A DNA stretch of 64,000 bases, from assembly GCA_963771465.1 (NCBI GenBank), contig CAVYTU010000013.1, positions 352,001-416,000 on the forward strand. Direction: 5' to 3'. Origin of the DNA: an uncultured delta proteobacterium (lineage in GTDB: Bacteria > Desulfobacterota > Binatia > UBA9968). The translations under genes were made by a program, and so were the position numbers. The notes below the pieces were generated by a model, which saw only the letters and a program-made list of their open reading frames with translations, did no database searches and had not been told where the DNA came from. Every line of letters starts with the position of its first letter. The first letter of the stretch is position 1. Positions 39,666-48,682 of this stretch are shown one piece after another.

Positions 39666-39716
39666 GTTACGCTCTAGTTACAAACGAATTAATAAATTGT
39701 GACAAAACGGTAATAG
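39666..39716 (-). promoter_or_regulatory. Pho-box-like array of 11-bp-period direct repeats
   Basis: Minus strand ATTAC.CGTT TTGTCAC AATT TATTAAT TCGT TTGTAAC TAGA GCGTAAC, 80-125 bp upstream of pstS; resembles CTGTCAT-N4 PhoB sites. Confidence 0.75.
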
Positions 39717-39956
39717 CGGCGCCTCAGCTCGGAGCAATTGAAACAGCGGGGCGCCCGCGCCGGCGTTGTGCGCGATCCGCCCCCGTTCATCGAAGGTTCA
39801 TGTGAAGCAGACGACTACTCTGACGGATTGTTAGTCCAGTCAGATAGGGGATGCGGGAAAACGGAGATCAACCGATGATGAAGAGCTGGGTTCGTGCACG
39901 TTAAGGGTTGCGTTGATGCCGTCACGATCGGATATGCAGTATGTACAAGAGCACGG

Positions 39957-40232
39957 CTACGTGGCATGCGCGGATATAGTTTGGAATTTGAAACTCGCCT
40001 GACTGCCGGCGAAATAAAGCATTTCGATCACATCGGAATAATCAACGTTTCGCTCGCGAGCAAATTCATCGAAACAAGGCAAGCAAACAACGGTGTCTCG
40101 ATATTCGTGAGGTACGACTTGGCGCCAAATTCGATCCGGAACATAGAAATTGAATTTATCCTGGCATTTACAAACCCGACAGCGCTGCCGCTTGAATCCA
40201 CTTGGAATACTAGTCTTGTGTTTTATCCTCAT
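39957..40232 (-). CDS. Small putative Zn-ribbon protein
   Basis: GGAGG RBS before ATG40232; CRVC...CLPC. Confidence 0.6.
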   Translation of the reverse strand: MRIKHKTSIPSGFKRQRCRVCKCQDKFNFYVPDRIWRQVVPHEYRDTVVCLPCFDEFARERNVDYSDVIEMLYFAGSQASFKFQTISAHAT

Positions 40233-40461
40233 CGTCGCCTCCATCGATTCTGAATCTCCGTCAGGGAGGCCACAGAAGCAATGACAATACCAATAGCCGA
40301 AATCATTGAGCTTTCGGCACTGATCACCAGCAATCATCGCGAAAATGTCGGTAATTTTCTTCTAGTCAGCAAATATTTTTACTGAAGAAAATTATCAAAG
40401 AGCCTTGTCTCAAGGAACTGATCGAATATCATAGAATTAATTGAATGAAGCATTGAGCCTA

Positions 40462-40797
40462 ATGATTGAAACCTACCGAAAAGCGATCGGCAGCAAGGTT
40501 TGGCACTTCTGTACGAATTGCGCCACCTACCCAACACAAGATTACACATCATTTCCATTTCCTCAGCGCGTCGAAGATGCTGAGTTATGTACAGAATGTA
40601 TCGCTCGTCACGCCATAGGTGATTGCGCTGGCGACCACGATGTGGGTTCGCTTACAAAAAGGAAGTGCTCGGTAATCGTCGAAGGTAAAAAATGCGGACT
40701 TGACCTACTCTACGATTTGGCATCCGCTCTCCATATATGCCCGTCAGGTCATCGCACTCTAATTGTGCTCCCGGCCAAACTAAAAAAGTCAAACTGA
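40462..40797 (+). CDS. Small Cys/His-rich hypothetical protein
   Basis: 'WHFCTNC...LCTEC' plus 'C..C..HICPSGH'. Confidence 0.55.
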   Translation: MIETYRKAIGSKVWHFCTNCATYPTQDYTSFPFPQRVEDAELCTECIARHAIGDCAGDHDVGSLTKRKCSVIVEGKKCGLDLLYDLASALHICPSGHRTLIVLPAKLKKSN

Positions 40798-40942
40798 ATC
40801 CAACTTCAGTTTCTCTTGCTAACTAAATCGCTGATAAGCTCACCATATATTCGTTAGCCACGCGGAGTCGTTGACCATTACCGCTTAACCGAGTATTGGC
40901 AAAGGTAAAGACTCAACTGTAGAGCGCCTTCCGAATTATCGC

Positions 40943-41995
40943 TCATTGCAGAAACCATTCGTGCCAGAGTTTGCCGTAATGATCGATCTTGTCGTTATAC
41001 TTGACCGGATCGACGTTGATGAATTCGAACCCTTCGCGTAAACGGGGCGGGTTGGGTAAAACTTCCGGGTGGGTGGGAATACGGCTTACGTCGCGTATGA
41101 CCCGCTGCCCGGTCTCCTTGGCCAACATGAAATCTAGAAAGAGCAACGCCGCATTGGGATGCGGCGCGTTTTTCGCCAAGCCGCTGACGTTGCTCGACGC
41201 GACGACCGGTTCGAGGTTGAGCCATTCGACCGGCGCGCCGCGGCGCTGTCCGGTAGCGATTCCTTGGCTGTGAATCGTGGGCGACAGTGGATCTTCGCCG
41301 GCGGCGATCAATTGCGCCAGGTGGGTGTGGCCGGTGCGGATCTTGGGATTCTGCGCGCGCAGCCGTTCAAAGAACGCTTTGCCTTTTTGTTCGCCCCAAT
41401 GTTCCATCAGAGTCATAAACCAGTGGGAGTCTTCGCGTTCGAGCGCCAGTTGGTCTTTCCACTTTGGATTGAGTAAGTCCTCGTAGCGGCGCGGCGCCTC
41501 GGCGGCTTTGACGAGACGGGTGTTGTAGCCGAGCACAATCATCGTGACCCGGTTGGCGACCCAGTAACCCTGCGACTGGACAAAGCGTTTGTCGAACTTT
41601 TCCGCCATCGGCGTATAATAGGGCTGAATCATTCCCTTGCGCCGGAAAAATTCGATGCGCGCGTCGTTGGTATCCAAAATATCGGCTAAGAAGGTGGAGG
41701 CCTGGGTTTCGGCCGTGAAGCGCTGCACCATTCTAGCCGAGGTGAGCCGGACCGGCTTGGCTTTGATGAACGGGTAGCGCTTTTCGAACAGCTCGACGAC
41801 GCGTTGGATGTCTTCTGCGTTAACGGACGTGTACCAGACAAACTCGCCTTCAGCTTTGGCGGCTTTTTCCAACCGAGCCTGACGGTCAGCGCCGCGATAA
41901 ACAGCGTTTTCCGGCGCGCTGGCCGGCTGTGCTGATGTTGCAACCATGCCAAGACCAATGAGGAGAACGAATAGGATTCCTACCGTGAGCTTCAT
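40943..41995 (-). CDS. ABC transporter extracellular solute-binding protein (Fe3+-type fold)
   Basis: Signal peptide from ATG41995; 'AKAEG...WYTS', 'YNT.LV', 'APHPNAALLF.DF'. Confidence 0.88.
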   Translation of the reverse strand: MKLTVGILFVLLIGLGMVATSAQPASAPENAVYRGADRQARLEKAAKAEGEFVWYTSVNAEDIQRVVELFEKRYPFIKAKPVRLTSARMVQRFTAETQASTFLADILDTNDARIEFFRRKGMIQPYYTPMAEKFDKRFVQSQGYWVANRVTMIVLGYNTRLVKAAEAPRRYEDLLNPKWKDQLALEREDSHWFMTLMEHWGEQKGKAFFERLRAQNPKIRTGHTHLAQLIAAGEDPLSPTIHSQGIATGQRRGAPVEWLNLEPVVASSNVSGLAKNAPHPNAALLFLDFMLAKETGQRVIRDVSRIPTHPEVLPNPPRLREGFEFINVDPVKYNDKIDHYGKLWHEWFLQ

Positions 41996-42198
41996 ATGAA
42001 TATGTCTCCCTTCAATAGGAGGAATTTTGCTGCGTCGCGCTCGGCAATCTTTACACCACTTTGGCGCCACGACACAACGACTATATATAGAGACACCCGT
42101 AGAGACGGCGGCGCGCGCCACTCTGCGTCGCCTTCCCATATCGTCGCAATTACGGTTTAAGATGATTTCTGAAGAGCAACTCACCAAGGGAGACTAGG

Positions 42199-42696
42199 AT
42201 GTTTCGTCGTGTCGATCTTCCCGCACAGGTTCCTGGGAAACTGCTACTCCACAGCATGCCGGGGCGCTATGAAGCGCTCGATCGTGTGTGGCATCAGGTG
42301 AGGAACGAAGCGGTTTGCGCCATCGTGTGTCTAGCCGAAATGGCTGAAGTTCGGGATAAGTCTGCCGAGTACGCTCGGGCGCTTGAAGAGGGCACGGTGC
42401 CTTGTGCGGTGCTGCAATTCGAGATTCCCGACCGCGGCGCCGCCGCCGACCGGGTTGCATTTTGGGCGCTTGCCGACGACATAGCGAAACGCTTGCACGC
42501 TGGTGAAGCCGTGCTGATTCATTGCGCCGGCGGCGTGGGCCGCACTGCAATGCTTGCGATTTGCGTGCTGCTCGCTCTCGGTGAACCGGCGAACGCGGCC
42601 CGCAGTGTGATCTCGCGGGCGGGGTCGACGATTGAAACCGCTCCTCAGAGCAGCCTCATTTCGTGGTGCGAATCGAAGGTCGGTGTCAAAGCGTAA
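42199..42696 (+). CDS. Dual-specificity/protein-tyrosine phosphatase family protein
   Basis: P-loop HCAGGVGRT, 'IPD' acid loop, 'IET..Q'. Confidence 0.88.
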   Translation: MFRRVDLPAQVPGKLLLHSMPGRYEALDRVWHQVRNEAVCAIVCLAEMAEVRDKSAEYARALEEGTVPCAVLQFEIPDRGAAADRVAFWALADDIAKRLHAGEAVLIHCAGGVGRTAMLAICVLLALGEPANAARSVISRAGSTIETAPQSSLISWCESKVGVKA

Positions 42697-42754
42697 CACC
42701 GAACCGTTGCGAATCACTGATAGACCGCTAGTTCTCAAAGCGCTCAGTACTATT

Positions 42755-43747
42755 TTAAACGAGGCCGAATTCTCTCCGCTCCGTCCGCGTGACGCGGATA
42801 TCGGAGCGCGGCAGCCGGGCGATGTCGAAGTGAGCGATCAGCTCGTTTGCGTGGATGCGCGGTGGCGCGTCGATGCCCGCGGAGCGAGCTACCCAGGAAA
42901 CGATCTGGCGCGGGTCGGCGCCGGCGGCGCGTAGTTGGGCGAGGGAAATATCGTCGCTGCGCTTGGCAAGGCGGCGGCCCGACTCGTCGGTGACCAAGGA
43001 CACATGCCACCAGCGCGGATGGCTGTAGCCGAACGCCTCTTGCAGCAGCCATTGCCGGGCGCAGCTTTCTAACAGGTCGGCGCCGCGCACGATCTCGGTG
43101 ACGCCTTGGCGCGCGTCATCGACGACGACGGCGAGTTGGTAGGCGGGCGTGCCGACGCGGCGCGAGATTGGAAAATCGCCAAGGGTCGCGCGGGCGTCGT
43201 ATTCACCCACACCTTGGATACCGTCCTCGATGCGCACGATGATATCCGGGACGACAAAGCGCAGCGCCGCTGGACGGCCGCTGGCTTGCTCCGCAGCCTC
43301 TAGACTTTTATATTTGCCGCGGCAAGTGCCGGGATAGATCGAGTTCGCTTCTCCGCCATGGGGCGCGGCGACGGCGGTCAGGATTTCCTTCCGCGTGCAG
43401 GTGCACGGATAGGCGAGACCGCGAGCGAGCAGCGATTGGGCTGCGGCGTCGATGTCGGCGGCGCCGCGCGATTGCACGTACGGTTCGCCGTCCCAGTCCA
43501 GTCCGAGCCAGCGCAAATCTTCGATGGTTGCTTCGAGCATGCCCGGCTTGATGCGCTCGACGTCTAAATCTTCCAGCCGCAGCACGATCCGACCGCCGCG
43601 CGTGCGGGCGTGCCACCAGGCGAGCAGAAAAGAGCGCGCGTGGCCGAGGTGCAAGTGACCTGTGGGGCTCGGCGCGAGCCGGCCGACGATGACCGCGCTC
43701 GTTGTGTCAGTCGGCGACGCCGTTAAAGAATTCTGGTCAACTGGCAA
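42755..43747 (-). CDS. gluQ: Glutamyl-Q tRNA(Asp) synthetase
   Basis: 'GRLAPSPTGHLHLGH', 'LRLEDLD', 'YPCTCTR', 'YQLAVVVDD', 'RLAKR'; no anticodon domain. Start uncertain (TTG43747 or GTG43840). Confidence 0.88.
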   Translation of the reverse strand: MPVDQNSLTASPTDTTSAVIVGRLAPSPTGHLHLGHARSFLLAWWHARTRGGRIVLRLEDLDVERIKPGMLEATIEDLRWLGLDWDGEPYVQSRGAADIDAAAQSLLARGLAYPCTCTRKEILTAVAAPHGGEANSIYPGTCRGKYKSLEAAEQASGRPAALRFVVPDIIVRIEDGIQGVGEYDARATLGDFPISRRVGTPAYQLAVVVDDARQGVTEIVRGADLLESCARQWLLQEAFGYSHPRWWHVSLVTDESGRRLAKRSDDISLAQLRAAGADPRQIVSWVARSAGIDAPPRIHANELIAHFDIARLPRSDIRVTRTERREFGLV

Positions 43748-44113
43748 AGTATCTCCGTTGGAAATTTGTATTGCCTCTCTTTTTAACCCGTTCGCAAGCC
43801 GAACGTCCCCTGCGCTTGCTGGCATCGATCGAATGAACACGGTGGCGCTGAAAAAAATATCTAACTTTCTTCGCGCGATCGATGGAGGGAAAAATCAATG
43901 GCGGCGCCAAGCGGAAATGATCAAGGAATAAGCGGTTTCAAATATAGCGCAGGAGAAGAAAATGAGTACTGACCCACGTCGGTCCAGGAACGCTGACGGG
44001 TTCCGCCGCAATTGGCTCGCCGGGATTCCGAGCCGAATATTTAGCCTGGCACCGAGCAAAGGAGAGGCTTGCCACCTTTGGTAATCACACTCGATGGCTT
44101 TTTTAAATTCCTT

Positions 44114-45178
44114 CTAATAGCCGTACTTCTCGACCACCGGCGCCAACCGTTCCAAGTTGCGCTTGACCTCGTCGGTCTGAGCCATTTCGTGCCACACTTC
44201 CTGAACCAAATCCTGCTGAATCATAGCGTCCAAATCCTTGCGCGTCACCGATTTGGACAGCACGCCGGCATCGATATGTTCTTCGAGGATGCGCCAGACG
44301 CCCTCCGGACTAAGCTGGCCGTCGAGCGGGAAAAACGAACTCTCCAACATGATGATCGGCACGAGATCGCGCATGCGCTCGGACTCATCCGGATTGTTGA
44401 CGCGCAGCTTGGCTTCGACATAGCGGCGAAATGGGTAGCTTTCGGGAATCATCCGCATCTGATGGTAAGCGCGGATGGTCGCTTTCCAGAAACGCTTGAT
44501 CAATTCCGGATTGCGCTCGATGAATGATTTCCGCGCCACGGTGACGCGATCGGGCCGGCCGTGGGGTTTGGAGTCCTCGACGAAGTCGTAGAGTTTATTG
44601 AAGCCTTGCTCGACCAATTGTGGCACCCACTGATTGCGTACGATGGCGGCGTCGGTATCGCCGGCCTGGAGCGGCTTCCAGGCTTCGCGCATGGAGCCGT
44701 ATTTGTAACCGATCTTCCACTCGACGTCGCGATCGGGGTCCAAGCCGGCCAGACGCATTTGCCGTTCGAGCCACAAGGTGGCGATGCCGCCGCGATACCA
44801 ATCGCCGATGCGTTTGCCTTTGAGTTCTTTGATCGACCTGACGCCGGGCGCGGTCACCAGCGAAGCGGGAAACCAATTGCGCCAGCCGCCGATGATTCTC
44901 AGCTCGTCATTGCCCAAGGCGCGCTCGGCGAACGGCGTGCGCACGTGCACGTCGGGAATGATGTCGATATTGAACGCGATCATATCGCGCAGCACCGTGC
45001 CGACCTCGTCATAGCGCTCGCCGTCGGGCCGGCTGGATTCCATGCCTTTGGCATAGATTTTTGCCGTGACGACTTCGACGTCGATCCCTTCTTGGGCGAA
45101 GAGACCGGCCTCGTGGCAATACGCCGCAACCTGCACATGACCCGCATGCCAACAACCGTTACCCACACGAAGTTTCAT
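44114..45178 (-). CDS. NMT1/SsuA-like binding-protein-fold protein lacking a signal peptide
   Basis: 'ELKGKRIG', 'AGLDPDRDV', 'FIERNPELIKRF'; N-terminus MKLRVGNGCWHAGH. Confidence 0.75.
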   Translation of the reverse strand: MKLRVGNGCWHAGHVQVAAYCHEAGLFAQEGIDVEVVTAKIYAKGMESSRPDGERYDEVGTVLRDMIAFNIDIIPDVHVRTPFAERALGNDELRIIGGWRNWFPASLVTAPGVRSIKELKGKRIGDWYRGGIATLWLERQMRLAGLDPDRDVEWKIGYKYGSMREAWKPLQAGDTDAAIVRNQWVPQLVEQGFNKLYDFVEDSKPHGRPDRVTVARKSFIERNPELIKRFWKATIRAYHQMRMIPESYPFRRYVEAKLRVNNPDESERMRDLVPIIMLESSFFPLDGQLSPEGVWRILEEHIDAGVLSKSVTRKDLDAMIQQDLVQEVWHEMAQTDEVKRNLERLAPVVEKYGY

Positions 45179-45324
45179 CGTTCACTCCAGAGCAAAGTTT
45201 TCATAAGCTAGCAAGCTGCTCGGCCAAACGTCAAACAGACTGGACGTTTCATTCACCACCTCGCTGCTTCAAGCATAGCGCCATTGGCTGTAACAGCTAT
45301 CATTTAATCTCGCAAAATATTCTT

Positions 45325-45351
45325 TGGCGGAGAAGGGAGGAGGTCGAACCC
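45325..45351 (-). repeat. att-like direct repeat of the tRNA-Sec 3' end
   Basis: TGGCGGAGAAGGGAGGAGGTCGAACCC versus 48988-49014 TGGCGGAGAAGGGAGGGAGTCGAACCC (25/27). Confidence 0.9.
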
Positions 45352-45374
45352 ATCGAAACATGCCCGCCGAGGCG

Positions 45375-46535
45375 TCATTCTCGCAGCAACGCGGATGCTC
45401 TATCGACAAGTGTCTGCTCGTCCCAGTGAAGGCGTTCGAATGAAGCGGCGATCCTGCCGTCGTTATCAAGGATGTAAGCTTCGATTTTGTGGCGGTTGAC
45501 CAGCGATTCGATGAAGTTGACGCCCAGCTCAAAATAGCTACAAAGAGCATCGAAACTGTCAATGGACCTTAGTATTCTATGGCCGGCATGAAGGCGTACG
45601 CCGCGGTGTTTTCCATAAGCGCGCAATCGCTCGGGTAGATCGTAGGCGGGATCATATGTAATCGCGGCCGTATGGATTAACTCGCTGAGTCCTTGTTCTC
45701 TCAGCAGCTTTTGCACGGATGCAAGCTTGGTGATCGTGAGCGAGCACTTCAGGGGATTGTCGCAGCGGGTGTAGAAGAAAACGACGATTGATGGATGCCC
45801 GTAAAAAAATTCCTTGAAGGTAAGCGAGGCACCCTCATGGTCCTCAAAGACAATCTTTTCGACGGATTCGGAACTGCAACGGGTGTCACGTGCCCATGAA
45901 ACTACACTGTTGACGGGGGCCGGTGAGGCACAGCAAGAGTGATTATTCGGCTCGCTCGTTTGATCACCACGACGAATCGCCTCAACAGCGCGATCTACAT
46001 CATCCAGGAATCTCTTCGGAAGCCCGCCGTCCTTCGTGCCCAAAGACTCCACCTGGGGCAGAATCTCCCGCGCACTCGGTCCCATCCATTCTAACGTTGC
46101 AAGTAGTTCTCTAACCGGGCTTGTCGCCCCGTGAGATTCAGAGTATGCGCCGTAGTTCTCGAAGGATACGGGTTCATCATGATACCTGATGTTGGCGAGC
46201 GCGCGGATCAGGTAGGGCGCGAAAAATGCGGATGGATTCGGGTAGGACCGCAAGGCGCGTGCCGCGGCCGCGACAAGATAGGCGTCAACACCCGTATCAA
46301 GTTCTTCGAGCACGAAGATCAACGCGGGTTCCGATAGGCCGACGTGCGACAGAGCATGTAGAACCCAGCCGCGCATCCTGACAATCGCTGCAGTTCCACG
46401 CTGATCGTAGCAGGGATGATCTTCGCGCAATAGATCAGTTAACTGTTCGCGCCTGGTTGGATCGCCAGCAAGCGATTCAACCAACGATGCAAACTCCCGT
46501 TCCGACTGTGCAGTAGTCGCTCTCGAATCCTGCAT
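45375..46535 (-). CDS. SCO1/SenC family copper chaperone with an N-terminal HEAT-like helical region
   Basis: GAGGAGG RBS; C-terminal 'FEDHEG...FFYTRCDNPLKC...ITYDPAYD.PERLRAY...H....YILD..GRI'; N-terminal 'LVAAAARALR'. Confidence 0.8.
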   Translation of the reverse strand: MQDSRATTAQSEREFASLVESLAGDPTRREQLTDLLREDHPCYDQRGTAAIVRMRGWVLHALSHVGLSEPALIFVLEELDTGVDAYLVAAAARALRSYPNPSAFFAPYLIRALANIRYHDEPVSFENYGAYSESHGATSPVRELLATLEWMGPSAREILPQVESLGTKDGGLPKRFLDDVDRAVEAIRRGDQTSEPNNHSCCASPAPVNSVVSWARDTRCSSESVEKIVFEDHEGASLTFKEFFYGHPSIVVFFYTRCDNPLKCSLTITKLASVQKLLREQGLSELIHTAAITYDPAYDLPERLRAYGKHRGVRLHAGHRILRSIDSFDALCSYFELGVNFIESLVNRHKIEAYILDNDGRIAASFERLHWDEQTLVDRASALLRE

Positions 46536-46546
46536 TGTTCGCCTCC

Positions 46547-47431
46547 TCACTGACCATACTTGCTGAGGAACTGCCGTGCGGATTGTTTGACCACGCTTGA
46601 TCCCTTGCCGCCGAGGCGTTTTACGCGCCTAAGAAGTACGCTGTCATTGACTATGGCCACTTGGTCGCCGAACTGCTTAAGTGCAGTCAGGCAAGTGGCC
46701 TGAATCTCATCATGCTCCGAGGTGTCTAGTAAAATCTCGCGGGCGTGAGTGCGTAATTTGTCCGGTTTGATCGCCTGTAGGGCAGCGGCGGAGATCTGCC
46801 GATTCTCAGACGTTTCTTTTTTGTCGCGCAAGACTTTCTCGAACGTGGGTGCAGCGTTGGCATCGGCGGCGAGGAGACGTAACGCTTCTCGCTTTGCGGT
46901 CGCATTGGGTGGATTGCCAACGATCGCACGCGCGATTGGATAAGCTTCGGCGTGTACATCGTAACTGAGAAGCTGGAGTGCCTTCTCAGGTGGAAGTAAC
47001 GCTTTGTCAGGTTGCTGCAGCCCTTCGAGCAGCTTCTTTTGTGCAAAACCATCTTTCTCGCGTGCGAGGATACCGAGCACGCGCTGACGGAGCTCTAGAT
47101 CTTTGTCCGCTGCCACCGCGCGCAAGGTCGCAATGTAGTCCGTACGGCACGACTCGAACGCGACGACGCTAAAACTTGCGGCTTGTAGTGCCTGTAACGC
47201 GGCTAGCCGTACCTCGATAGGTTCTTTCTCTTCGCGCAGGATTTTCAGGACCGTTTGCAGACTCTTGTCATCCTCACACATGGCCAGAGGCACATCCGCC
47301 ATGGCTTTGACCCGCGCTTTGATCGAGTTTTTCGCATTGGTCCCGAACGCAAGCGCACGCTGTGCAATCCGGCGGGGATTTTGGGCCGATTTCCGGCTCT
47401 TTGCAGATTTAGGTTTAGATTTCTTGGGCAT
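46547..47431 (-). CDS. HEAT/ARM-repeat protein with a basic N-terminal tail
   Basis: Repeated 'EVRLAALQAL', 'ELRQRVLGILA', 'AKREALRLLA', 'ENRQISAAAL', 'EIQATCLTAL', 'VVKQSARQFL'. Confidence 0.78.
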   Translation of the reverse strand: MPKKSKPKSAKSRKSAQNPRRIAQRALAFGTNAKNSIKARVKAMADVPLAMCEDDKSLQTVLKILREEKEPIEVRLAALQALQAASFSVVAFESCRTDYIATLRAVAADKDLELRQRVLGILAREKDGFAQKKLLEGLQQPDKALLPPEKALQLLSYDVHAEAYPIARAIVGNPPNATAKREALRLLAADANAAPTFEKVLRDKKETSENRQISAAALQAIKPDKLRTHAREILLDTSEHDEIQATCLTALKQFGDQVAIVNDSVLLRRVKRLGGKGSSVVKQSARQFLSKYGQ

Positions 47432-47458
47432 GGTGGCTATCTCCTCGTTTCGAGCATT

Positions 47459-48682
47459 TCATGAAAAAGGCGCATCGTCGTAGTCGAATCCCAACCGTGT
47501 AAGAGGATTTAGGGTACCTTGGTAATCCAGACAATCACGCACGCGTGGCTGGGGTCCCGGGGCAGTGACGCTTGGCGATGATGCTAACGCACCACCCGGC
47601 GCTGTCGGAGGACGCGTGCCTCCAGTAATCCCATTCCACGGCCACATTGTATCAGGGAGATTATGGCCAATGCGGCTTACGGGAGTACTGTCGTATGAGG
47701 CTGCCTGGCCCGGATCAAAACGGCGGAACTGACGCTGCCACTTAGCCCATAGCCGATCGACATTGCAGTGTAGCAAGAAGAACAGTGGATCTCGTGCAGC
47801 GGTTGGGATGCTAGAAATCGATCCACCGAAGCTCGTGTGCGCTGAACCATGCGGATTGCCTTCCATTGTCCGGAATGATCGGTATTGGTTGCCAAGTCCA
47901 AGTGTGTTCGCCTCGTTACGCAACCCAGGCGGCGCCGAATTTGTGCTGAAAAAAGGTCGGCGATTGATTCCCTGGACGCCATCGGTCACCCAGAATCGCA
48001 ATGGGTTGTTTGCGCTGAACTGGACTGTACCAAGCGGGTCGGACGCACCAAGAAAATCGCGGGTGAAAATATTTGGCGCTGGCTGATCGAATCGCCAGTA
48101 AGGGAGTGAAACGCTTGGATCGATCGTTTGGAGCTCCCGTTCGAGATCCAGCAAATAAGCCCGATGCCAAGGCAAAAAAGCTGGAGCGCCATGCGCCTGG
48201 GGAGAGGCAACTTGGGTGTGCATATCGCGAAAGTCGGCGAAACGCCCTGCGCCTTGGTTGTTAAGTTGTGCAAACGCTGAATTCAATCGGTCGCGCTCTG
48301 CCGGCGTGAGGGTGTTGGCATTCTTTCGGATGCGTACCATGACCGGTACTGAGCCAACGAGTGTGGTTCCGGAGCGGGCTTCTATCGTTACATCACCGTT
48401 ATTGACACTCGGACGTCCGAAGCTGCCCGCGATAAAAAACGACACGGAAGTACCAGTTATCGGAACCGGCAAAGTTAAATCATTGGAAAATGTATCTGTG
48501 GCGTTTCTTCGGAATACGACCGCGCCCCCGGCTGCTTGCGATCGTCCTGTAATCCGCACACTGATTGTCGGCGATGTAGTACCAGACGGGTCGCTCACGC
48601 GGATGCGGCACGGGGATGGAACCCAGGAAAGAAATCTCGTTTTTGGATCTGCACTGTTATTAATCTGAAGTTCCACTCTCAA
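47459..48682 (-). CDS. Tyrosinase (type-3 dicopper) with an extra N-terminal beta-rich domain
   Basis: 'RKNANTLT.AER'; CuA 'MH...AHG.PAFLPWHR'; CuB 'PHGSAH...AARDPLFFLLHCNVDRLWAKWQ'; AAGGAGG RBS before TTG. Confidence 0.92.
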   Translation of the reverse strand: MRVELQINNSADPKTRFLSWVPSPCRIRVSDPSGTTSPTISVRITGRSQAAGGAVVFRRNATDTFSNDLTLPVPITGTSVSFFIAGSFGRPSVNNGDVTIEARSGTTLVGSVPVMVRIRKNANTLTPAERDRLNSAFAQLNNQGAGRFADFRDMHTQVASPQAHGAPAFLPWHRAYLLDLERELQTIDPSVSLPYWRFDQPAPNIFTRDFLGASDPLGTVQFSANNPLRFWVTDGVQGINRRPFFSTNSAPPGLRNEANTLGLGNQYRSFRTMEGNPHGSAHTSFGGSISSIPTAARDPLFFLLHCNVDRLWAKWQRQFRRFDPGQAASYDSTPVSRIGHNLPDTMWPWNGITGGTRPPTAPGGALASSPSVTAPGPQPRVRDCLDYQGTLNPLTRLGFDYDDAPFS

